DNA from: Eledone cirrhosa
Taxonomy: Eukaryota
Assembly (NCBI GenBank): GCA_964016885.1
Contig: OZ024748.1
Span: forward strand, 9,734,001-9,798,000
Direction of reading: 5' to 3'
DNA: 64,000 nt
In this document: piece by piece, positions 27,760 through 39,702 of the stretch
Layout: each line of letters opens with the position of its first letter
How positions within the stretch are numbered: the first letter of the stretch is position 1
Notes under the pieces: model-generated
What the model saw: the letters and a program-made list of their open reading frames with translations, nothing else
Databases searched by the model: none
Told to the model about the DNA's origin: nothing
Position numbers and translations under genes: made by a program

Positions 27760-28731
27760 ATGATTAAGCAACGTTTCACAGATAGTTTAATAACTCTGGC
27801 CATTGTGTTGAGTCTTCTTCGGACAGATGTTAACAATTACTTTAACAGTAATTATATCAGTTACCCTGAGGTCCAGGAGATTATCCTAGGTAGCAGCACA
27901 GCTTATGGTTGTGTCAACAATTATATAGACAACACACGTAACCAACTCTACCTCCTGGGGCAGCATGTCCACTTCAAAAATGTCGACTACGGACACTTTT
28001 CGACATCTTTCTACAACGAACTGCGCCGGTTGACATCGAACCCGTTCTCCTATAATTACGACGACTACTTACCATATCGTCGTAGTCGTCGTGGCCGACG
28101 GCAGCGGGTTCGATACCCAGGTTTCCACACTGATTATTCTACTTACCTGGTTAGCGCTGAACAGGCTTCCAACCCGTCCCTCCTGTCTGAAAACTCTGGT
28201 GAAAACCACAACAATGGAGGTGGCGATGAGGACAATAGTAACAACAATGACGACGATCACAGTATTATCTATGACCAATACAACAGTGACCATCACGCCG
28301 GAGATGTGGAGAACAGTAACAGTGGAGGGGATGTAGTGAGGGTGTTGGAAGATAGTGCAGATGATGGTCAACAAGGTGGTGGTGGTGATCCGGCTGAAGA
28401 TGTGGACTACCTCAACAGGATTAATTCCTATATTCACAGTAATGGAAAGAGAGAACAAGCAGCTACAACTACAACAACAGCCCCAGATATTGATGCCGGG
28501 GTTTCGAACCCGACTTGTGACAATGTCGACCTTTGTAACAGTAATGACTCACATAATGACCCTCATAACAACAACAACAACAACAACACTGTCGCAAATA
28601 TCTCCTCCAACTTGGACAGATCTGTTAATACTTCGGATATTGCCTCCACGGGCAACAATACAACCACAGTCGGTGGTGGTGGTCATGTCAATGATAGCCA
28701 TCCAATTAGCAGTAGTGATCCCACTAATGAG
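27760..28731 (+). CDS. NFE2L1: Nrf/CNC coding exon 1 (NHB1 membrane anchor, NHB2-like region, acidic/Asn-rich linker)
   Basis: [23 protein letters not shown]...[10 protein letters not shown]...HFKNVDY...TDYSTYLV parallels the NFE2L1 N-terminus. Donor GAG|gtaatt, phase 0. Confidence 0.88.
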
Positions 28732-28763
28732 GTAATTAATATATTTTACAATCAGCTTCTCTT

Positions 28764-28799
<36 letters not shown>

Positions 28800-29232
28800 T
28801 ATATATATGTATACACTTTTGTCTTTAAATCTGTATTTTACACTCCTTATGTATGTGAATGTATATTATACAGGATGTCCCCCAAAAAAGTGTGTATACA
28901 TTTTTTGGGACACCATGTATATATATATATATATATATATATATGCGTGTTTGTCTGATATGTTATTTAGTTGCTCGACCTGCTAGAAATAGCAACCAAA
29001 TCTCCCACATATCACACTACTGTCTAAGAATAAAGGAAAGATGGGGGATATATTAGATACATTATAGCTGGAGGTTAAATAAAACCGGTTCACGTCTAGA
29101 ATGTGTTCGATCACGGCTAGATCTGATTGATTTCTGTTGATTGAGGGTGAAACAAAATATTTGGAGAAGTTCATTGAAACCTTTGTAATGCCATTTCTTC
29201 ACAGGAATAGACAAGAACGCCACAAGTCACAG

Positions 29233-29273
<41 letters not shown>

Positions 29274-29287
29274 GTAGCGTGTCCCTC

Positions 29288-29342
<55 letters not shown>

Positions 29343-32300
29343 GTAGCGTGTCCCTCAAAAATGTATACAAATATTTGTTAGAATGCTATTGAAGTATGTA
29401 TACATTTTTGGGGGACCCTGTATATGTATATATATACTATATTTAGGTTTAATCAATACTTATGAAATACATATTGATTATGTTTCTCAATTAAAAAAAT
29501 CTCCATAAAAAAATCTTCATTGCATCGATTATATTAGTTTAAACGATACCAATATATTAACTGGTAGTTTCTCAATTGATATATACCCTTTAAACGTGTT
29601 GGGTGTGTGTGTGTGTATGTATATATATACATATGTGTGTGTATATGTATATATATATATATATATATATGTGTGTATGCGTATATATGTGTGTGTGTAT
29701 ATATATATGTGTGTGATATATATATGTGTATGTATATATATATGTGTGTGTGTATATATATATGTGTGTGTGATATATATATGTGTGTATGTATGTATAT
29801 ATATATGTGTGTGTATTAGTTTAGCTTATGCCAAAATCTCCATTGGGTGGCATACAAGCTAGACAAACTCATAATATATATATATATGTGTGTGTGTGTA
29901 TCACAACATGAAACAAGTCTAGTTTCCGAGGTGTTTGCTGTATTAAATAGAATTTCAATCTTCCATTGAACGAACCCATGCAAGATGGAACCTGTTTTAG
30001 TATCCATGTGGTCTCTGGAAAACTAACAGTTATGTCACTACCATGATGTATGTTGTGTGTATTAAAGTTCTTCATACTGAAGAAACAGATAACATCACAT
30101 TATTATATGAGTATGAGTAATAGCAATGACACCGAAGATGGCCAGAAGTAGAAACGAAGTTACCATATGGAGAGGATGTGTATCTATGTAGTCTTGCTTA
30201 CATACATATACACAAGAGTGTGCTGCATCTCATTTACATAAAGTCCTACACTCTGCCGAGTGAATTTTATCATGACGCCAACTCTAGGGAGTTTGTCATA
30301 GCTGAAGGGGCCATGACCCTTTGATTGACAAATTTTGTATGGCAGAATGTAGATGCAGGTCTCATTCTGGCAGTACGGCAAATTAGAAGTCGACTCAATC
30401 CTGTATCATCTTTTGAAGACCAGCTTTCACTATATCATTCCTTGTTTTCTTGGGTCTTCCATTTCCACAGGTCCCCTCAACTTTGTGTGCCCTGCAGCTC
30501 TTATCCAATCTCACCTTATGCCCAGTTCTTTTCTCTCAGCACATTAATACCTTTTCATTCATGTCCACTACTATTACACATTCATTGGAGTGTGCTCCCT
30601 TATTGTTTATTTTGTATGGTAATTACATGCCTATAGAAGCAACAGGTGTACACAGGTAAGCCAAGTGGTATTGGTCAGAGAACGTAGGAAGGTTGCTGAT
30701 ATTGAAACCAGGTGTATAATAGTTGTGTAGTTTAAATGTAACAGAGGTCAGCATAAACTCTATCATCTCTCAAATGATCAGCGAAATATCATCATACATT
30801 TATTCTCCATGCTAGCGTGGGATGGTCATCATCATCATCATCATTTTACGTCTGCTTTTCCCTGCTTGCAAGGGTGGGATGGGAACTGATTCTGGCTTGG
30901 TTTCTTCAGCTGGATGCCCTTCCTAACACCAACCTCATTTACAGTGAGTGCTGGGTGCATTTTTGCCATGGCACCTCCACGACCACTAGATCAATTGACC
31001 ATGTCTTGCTTATATGTTCCATTTTGGCAGGATTTCTAGTTGTATGTCCTTCCTAAAACCAACACATTTACAGAGTGGGCTAGGTGCATTTTATCAATGA
31101 AAAGATATGATAGTTGAAACTTACATATGTGATAAACTGTGTCTATATTTCTTCTTCTTCTCTTGTGATGTGAAGTCAGCTTTACCTTCCATCCAGATTA
31201 AATTGGCAGAATTGTTGTTAATCAGGGGAGATGCATGGTGCTATGTGTTTGTTTTTTGTCTGGTTTAACACCACAACCTGGTGCTTTAGCTGAGTCCCCC
31301 TCAGGAGCAAGCATTCAGGTTAGGTTCAGTTGTGCTTTGCTGTTCATGTATATTACACATCTATCAGAGATAGATATATAAAGGTTAAGGTAGTTTTCAG
31401 ACTTGTAGAGTGATTATGTAACAGTTAATGAAATGTTAACAAAACTTTAGATTCTTCTAATCTTGCTTTGTATATTTTTCCTAATGCATTAACAAATCAT
31501 ATATATATGATTTGTGATTTATATACAGAAAAATTGATTGAAGCTAAAGGGTTCATGATTGCAATGAAGTTTTATGTATACAAATAATAATAAATTATAT
31601 ATATATATATATTATAGGACATTTCTCTCTTGTTGTGTTTGATGTATACATACATATCTATGTATATAGAGAATATATATGTTTGATGTATACACACATA
31701 TCTGTGTATATAGAGAATATATGATATGTTTGATGTATACACACATATCTGTGTATATAGAGAATATATGATATGTTTGATGTATACACACATATCTGTG
31801 TATATAGAGAATATATGATATGTTTGATGTATACACACATATGTGTATATAGAGAATATATGATATGTTTGATGTATACACACATATCTGTGTATATAGA
31901 GAATATATGATATGTTTGATGTATACACACATATCTGTGTATATAGAGAATATATGATATGTTTGATGTATACACACATAACTGTATATAGAGAATATAT
32001 ATGTTTGATGTATACACACATATTTGTGTATATAGAGAATATATTTTTTATTTCTACATCATTTTCACATGAATATTAATTAATGAATTTCTATATTTAC
32101 AGGACCTTGATTTGATTGATGTTCTCTACCACCAAGATATTGATTTGGGGGTCCAGAGAGAGGTCTATGACATCCAACTACGACGAGAACTAGAACGGGA
32201 GCAAGAACTCGCCCTACAAAAGGAGCGTGAGAAAGTAAGTGTATTTAAAATCACCTTTTAACCGTTGTTGGGTATCTTCAGAGTCACATTAACAACATCT

Positions 32301-35300
32301 TACATGTTTTCTATAGCATAGGTCTAAGTCTGTTGTTATTTAATGTTCCTGCCCTCGTAGACAGGTCAGAAGACCTTCGTATGGTTTCTATGGGTGCATT
32401 TTATTGTGGCACCAAATACTAATGATGTCTTAACCTTGGTATGACTCAACCACTTTACAGAGTGTACTGGGTACATATTAATGTGGCACCAACACTTTTG
32501 GGGTTTTGATGTGCCCCACACTCCTCAAGACTACAATGTCTTCACTACTTTACAACATCCAGATTCCTATTAATGTTGTTATTTAACTTATGATTGTTAT
32601 ATATATTTTTTTTTTGTTGTTTTATTTCATTCACTTTTGTTATTTTAGCAAAAACAATATGAACATCTCCAGTTAAAGTTACAAGAAGAACAACATCGCC
32701 TCCAACAACAATATCTGTCTGAGAATTATACCCAAGACATCGAAACAGGTTTGTTTCTTTTTACAATTAGTTGGACTTAATTGGTGACCAGTTCAATGTG
32801 TTTGTAATGCTGTTGAGCTCTGCATAGGAACTGAACTGTCTAGTCTCCGTAATTCACTATATATATATATCATCATCATCATCATCATCACCGTTTTACG
32901 TCCGTTCTTCCACGCTAGCATGGGTTAGACGGGTTGTCCTGTTGTGGGCAGTGTCTGGTCGGCTGACCATGCCTTGCTCATACAGGAACTGATTTGGCTT
33001 GATTTTTACAGCTGGATGCCCTTCCTAACACCAACCTCATTTACAGGGAGTGCTGGGTGCTTTTTCGTGGCGCCTCCACGTCCACTTTACAGTGTGGGCT
33101 GGGTGCTTTTTTGCGGTGGGGGTGTGGGGGCATATTGTCTATATGCTTCAGCTTGTACCCATGGGAGGTCGGGTACTCTGTATTACTGCGTGACGCCAGT
33201 GGTCACGGTCGTGTGTCATCGCCTTTGAGAGGTGTAATTGGGTAAGGTCGGCTTTTATCACCTCATCCCAGGTCATCTTGGGTCTCCCCACTCGGCGGTT
33301 TCCATCGACTTCTAGTGCTCTGCACCTTTTTATGCAGCTGTCATCCTTCATACGCATCACATGTCCATACCAGCGCAACTGCCTCTCCTGCACACAGCAT
33401 TTGATTCCTCTTATGCTCAGTCTCTCTCTCAATTCATTTATGCTTTGTCGTTCACGTATATTACTGTTACACATCCATCGGAGCATGCAGGCTTCGTTTC
33501 TCTCTAATCTACGTAAGTCTTCCACCTTCAGCGCCCAGGTCTCACTACCATGTAACATTGCTGTTCGGATACACGCATCATACAGTCTGCCTTTCATTCT
33601 GATATATATATATATATCAGATATATATATATATTCTGATATATATATATATATATATAGTTGCAGAAGATAAGTTGCTTATACGTGGTTGTTATGTTGT
33701 AACTTCTTGAGGGTAAGCCAGTCCAAGTGATTCAAAAGCACTTCAAGTCAGTAGTTTATCCCAGCTAAGAGTTGGTGATTAGGAGTGACGGAGTATTCAT
33801 TTATCAAATAAGAGTAGTTAAGACGGGATTATTTCACCATAATTGTTTATTGCATGATATATATTTCTTCTACATGGTTATGCATGTGACTTCATCAGAA
33901 GCTTATGCAATCATTAGGATATGACGCTGGTCATGTATTACCTTCCTGTTGTGATGCCAGCAGACATACATACACATATATATATATAAAGTATTTCTTC
34001 TGTTTCCCAGCGTTATTTGTTTTGACGAAAGATAACTGAAACCAACTCACAGTTCTGTCATGTTATGGGGTTGTTGTTTTTATGTTACAGGAGAATGGGT
34101 TCCACTTTATCATCCAACACCTCCATTGAATATCTCACTAACACCAAACATTCTCGAACAACAACAACAACAACCACAACACATTCCACAGCCGATGTCA
34201 ATACCTCAGCTCCAAACTGACCTTTCGAACATACAAACCAACTCTTGCCAATACCAATCTTCAAATACCCTGGTAAGTTGTTAACGCATAACATACTCTA
34301 CTACATAAGATATTCTTTAAAACTATTACAAAACATCTCTACGAATGCTTTATATTAAAAATTGAAATCTTTAAACTAATACTACAAAATGTTCACAATA
34401 ATCTCTTCACTAAATATAAATACTATAAAGATCTTAATCCAGGAAATGTTACCCCATCAATGGTTCACCTTTCCTAACCCACAGCCACCTTGAAATAACT
34501 TCGAGCTTACTGTGGATCAACTTCTGCTATTTTGATGGCATTTTCTTTTACTTACTGGCTCCTGTGAGACCCAACATCTAGGCTCTGCTCAGGACTGGCC
34601 GCAGCCTACAAATTATACTGGGTTCGTTAGAAATATACCCAGCTTTCTCATTAATAATCTGGTGTTTGGAACATAACTTAAAGGTTCCTACTTAAAATTT
34701 TGATGGAAGGTTTATAAATAAATATGACTTTAAAAGAGGAAGAGTTATACTGGGTTGCTGGTAACAAATCCCATACTTGGTAAAAGGTTTTATATTTCAG
34801 ATTGACTATATTTAAAATAATGAAGACACATGGTCTTGTGGTTAAGGCATTGGACATATGATTATAATGTCATAGGTTCAATTCCTGGACTGGGTTGTGT
34901 GTTGTGTTTGGCAACCTCTCCATAGTGTGTCTTGTACTTTCAATTGCTTAATGCCAAGGAAACTAACCTGATGAGCCTCTGGTGTTGAGACAAACTTTAA
35001 ACTTTTTACTTTTTACATATTTAAAATAACATTTTACTTATCTCTCTGCTTTCTTTCAAGAACTCTACATTAGAAGAAGCTTTGCAATCTTTAGATATCG
35101 ACACCAAAAATAATGAAACTGCCTTTGAACTTGAACAGTATCTGGCTAACTGCCCTGTTGCCAACTTTGCCAACACTACCAATGAACAGTATCAGCAAAT
35201 TATACCGTCACAGTTCAACTATAATCTCCTGCCATGTCACAATACTTCTGCTGTCATCAATCCATGTACCGATCACAACTACCAAGAAGCTTCACAACCT

Positions 35301-38300
35301 GTTGTGAGTGACATTGTTGATTTCTTCTTTTTCTTCACCTCCTCTTCATTTATCATCATTTTAACATTCATTTTCCCTCCTTGCAAAGGTTAGATGTGTT
35401 GTCACAAAACACATCAGTATTTAATCAGAGCCACTGACATCTCTGATTGGCCGGAGTCCTGCATCTCGCATACTTTCCTGTCAAAGACATGACAACCTCA
35501 CTAGTAATTATGTCTTTGATTTCTTTCCTGTGTTTAAAGTTAACAGATACTGTGAAGTAGAATAAATAGGAAGGGCATCAGCCTTAAAATACCTGCCAAA
35601 TAAAGGGTCAGGAAGACTCAGCTGTGACAACTTTACTGTGAGTTCCATGATAAAACACTCCTAGTACATCTGTAACCTGGTTGGTGATAGGAAGGGCATC
35701 AAACTATAGGATATCTACCAAACAAAGTCTCGGAACTCTCTATCTATGTTATAGATAAAGTTTGATAGAGTTTGATTACATACATAAAATATACTTATTT
35801 CACATGCTATGCCTGTATCTATCTATCTATCTATCTGTGTGTGTGGTGTGGTGTATAGTTAGCTTTCATATTTCACTGTCTTTGTCTGTTTTTAGTTGCC
35901 ATCTTGTGAACGTCAGAACAGTCTTGATAACTGGTGGAGAGAGATCAGTGGATCGCTGGAAATGACAACGGCTATCAACACTGCAGATAACACAACTCAT
36001 TGTCCAGAACAACTCATTCATAATGCAACACTTCCAATTCCAGCCGGTGATATTGGATGTGGAAATAATTTGAACACCAGTAAGTATTGTTAATACCTTT
36101 ATAAATATTGAAGAGTATCTTGTTTTTTTTCTGTGAATAATAGTTGTTGTTTAGCCCCATGTCAACCATACTTTATCAGATGTATAAGTGGGGAGGGTGA
36201 AGAACCTAAATGTTATTACACCTCTCAGCTTCTTCACCACCATCCTCCCCATACACTTATTTGTGTGGCTCCTCTGTCATCTTTTTATCTCTTTCATCTT
36301 CATCAGATTATTCTTACATCCACCTGCCAAACTGATATGGGTTGGACGAGTTGTTACCTTAGAGAGATCTTACCTTACTCAAATGTTCCATATTTTGGCA
36401 TGGTTTCTATTGCTGATGGCCCTTCCTAACACCAACCACCTTTACAGAATGCACTGGGTGCATTATATCAAGGCACCAGCACTACCACTTTCCAAGTGTA
36501 CTGGGTGCATTTTATCATGGCACCAGCACTACCACTTCACCAAGTGTACTGGGTTCATTATATCATGGCACCAGCACTACCACTTCACCAAGTGTACTGG
36601 GTGCATTATATCATGGCACCAGCACTACCACTTCACCAAGTGTACTGGGTGCATTTTATCATGGCACCAGCACTACCACTTCACCAAGTGTACTGGGTGC
36701 ATTTTATCATGGCACCAGCACTACCACTTCACCAAGTGTACTGGGTGCATTATATCATGGCACCAGCACTACCACTTCACCAAGTGTACTGAGTGCATTA
36801 TATCATGGCACCAGCACTACCACTTCACCAAATGTACTGGGTGCATTATATCATGGCACCAGCACTACCACTTTACCCTTTTTTAAATATTTTCAAATTG
36901 GGCTTTTACATTCTCTCGGGGAAAAAAAAAAATTTGTTACTTTGTGATTATGTTCTAAATCAAGGATTTTCTTTTTCTTCTGTTTTTGCTGTGAATTATT
37001 TGTTAGTCTCAGTAGACACGGTAAAGTCTTTCACAGACACTTATCTATCTACCTATCTGTCTGTCTATCTATCTCAATCTCCTTTGTCTCTGTTCATCAA
37101 GGTCTAAATGCTTCTATACCAACAACCAGCTGTAACACAACCATTAATAACCACAGCTCATGTAACCCACCAGAATGGGACAACCAGAGCTATCTCTTCC
37201 CCAATATGTCAACCAACATCAATGAAAGTGAGTCTATGATGGAGATGGAGAAAATCTTACCTTCTTTACAACAGAACATGATGACAAATATTGATTTACC
37301 TAATATCACTGAAGGTAGGGCTTCCTTATGATATTGATTGGTCTGGCTTTTTATTTCTATCAACACAATCTCTTTCACACACACACACATATATACATAT
37401 GATAGCCTTTCACAGAGTTTTTGTCTGCTAAATTTCACTCATAAAACATTGGTTAACACAAGGCTTGCCCAAAAGGCCATGCTGTGGCATTGCACTCAAA
37501 AGCATGTGATTGCAAATCGAATGCCTTAACCTCACAGCCATGCCTGTGCCTATATATATTCTGTATAAATATATATATATACATATGATCATCATCATTT
37601 TACGCCAGGTTGGATGGGTCCTTCTCAATACAGTATCTCTCCACTTGTTGCATTCCTTCGTCATCTCCTCTGTGAGCTTCAGTGATTTCAGATCATCTCT
37701 CACTAATTCTGTCCAGGTATTCATTGGTCTTCCTCTGCTGCAGCTTCCCTCCACTGGGATTACTTGGCACTTCATCATCCATGCGATAAAATAAAAATTA
37801 ATAAATTTGTTACTTTGTAATTATATTTTAAATCAAGGATTTTCTCTTTTAATATATGAAGAACATTTTGTTTCTTCTGTTTTCCCTGTAAATTATTTGT
37901 TAGTCTCAGCACACACAGTAAAGTCTACACAGACTATCTATCTCAATCACCTCTGTTCATCAAGGTCTAAATACTTCTATCCCAGCAACCATCAATACAG
38001 CTGTCGTCTTTCATGCACATCACGTGACCATACCAACGTAGTCTTCTCTTGCGTAAACAATATCTGATCCCTCTTATTCCTAATTTCTCCCTTAGTTTAT
38101 TTATGCTTTGCCGTTCATGTATTTTACTATTACACATCCAACGGAGCATGCAAGCTTCGTTCCTCTCCAGTCTGCGTAGATCCTCTGCACACAATGCCCA
38201 AGTCTCACTGCCATGTAACATAGCTGTTCGTATGCAGGCATCATAGAGTCTGCCTTTCAATTTTAGAGAGAACCCTTTAGCAGCTAATAAGTTCTCTGAA

Positions 38301-39663
38301 CTTTTTCCATCCCGTTCTGACTCTAGCTACTGTACTTTCAGAGCACCCTCCACCACTGCTGATTTTGTCACCCTGGTAACGGAAGGTGTCCACTATTTCT
38401 ATAGAACCATCTGTGCAATGGAATGAGCTAGTATTCTGTGGGCACTTGCTGCTACTTATTGCACCTGAGCACCGGCCACATATAAAATCTATATTCTTAG
38501 TTAGCTTACCTGTGATCCCACTACATCTTTTATGTTCCCATACTTTGCATTTGTGACATAAAATGGAGTTTCTGCCTACACCTTTCCTACACACTGAGCA
38601 TGGCCATTTCCCAGATGGGACCAGTGCCCTATTTTCCTTCCTACAAACTAGAACTTTAGTCTTAGACAGTTAATTTTAAGGCCTTTTGATTCTAGGCCAT
38701 GCTTCCATGTTTGGAATTTCTTCTCTAGTTCAGCCATTGATTCAGCTATGAGCGTTAGATCATCTGCGTATAGGAGTTCCCATGGGCAGCCGGTCTTGAA
38801 TTCCTCTGTTATAGCCTGAAGGGCAATAATAAATAGTAGGGGGCTAAGGACGGGGCCCTGATGAACAACTTTTACGCTAAACTCTTCACTATATTCGTTG
38901 TTAATTCTAACCTTGCTGACTGTTTCTTTATACATGGCTTGTATAGCTCTCACAAGCCATTCATCAACACCTAGTTTTCTAAGAGCCCACCAGATAATGG
39001 AGCGGGGGGCTCTATCAAAGGCTTTCTCCATGTCAACAAAAGCTAAGTATAGGGGTTTACTTTTAGCTAGGTACTTCTCCTGTAGTTGTCGTACAATGAA
39101 GAGAGCGTCTGTGGTACTTTTACCTGACACAAACCCAAACTGCATTTCATCTAGATCAATTCGCTCTCTGATTAGTTGCGCTATTACTTTTTCTGTGACC
39201 TTCATGACCTGGTCAATTAATTTAATGCCTCTATAGTTTCCCCTATCTAGAGCATCTCCTTTACCCTTGTAGCAGTTAATGATGATGCTGCTACGTCAGT
39301 CCTTCGGAACGACCTCATTCTGTATGACTTGGTTTACTATCCGGGTGACCATAGTGTGTCCCACCGTTCCAGATGCTTTCAGTTTAATATAATTCACATA
39401 TTTCCCCCTTTCTATATTCTTCTCCTAGATCTGGTATCTTTTGATGATGCCAGCAGAGATTCTGCTGTTTGTTCTTTGGCCAGCTCCGCTTCTCCTCTGC
39501 AGGTATTTTCCATTTTATTTATTATAAACTCACAAAGCTATATATATATATATATATATATTATAAACTCACAAGGCTATATGTATATTTATTATAAACT
39601 CACAAGGCTATAATGTATATTTATTATAAACTTACAAGGCTATATATATATTATAAACTCAGA

Positions 39664-39702
<39 letters not shown>

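Noticed and set aside
28732-28986. C-terminal extension of the 408-aa ORF
   Set aside because: Read-through into intron 1 past the GAG|gtaatt donor; consists of TA repeats and a MITE.
30600-30660. Strong donor CAG|gtaag in Nrf intron 1 as a possible alternative first exon for a cytosolic isoform
   Set aside because: No ATG in the phase needed to join exon 2; unsupported without transcript data.
34964-35002. CTGATGA-gcctc...gagac-AAAC hammerhead-like string
   Set aside because: Lacks the G of GAAA and has no closing stem I.
36188-36886. 232-aa ORF with [12 protein letters not shown] repeats
   Set aside because: Open only because the intronic repeat unit is 48 bp and SINE-derived.
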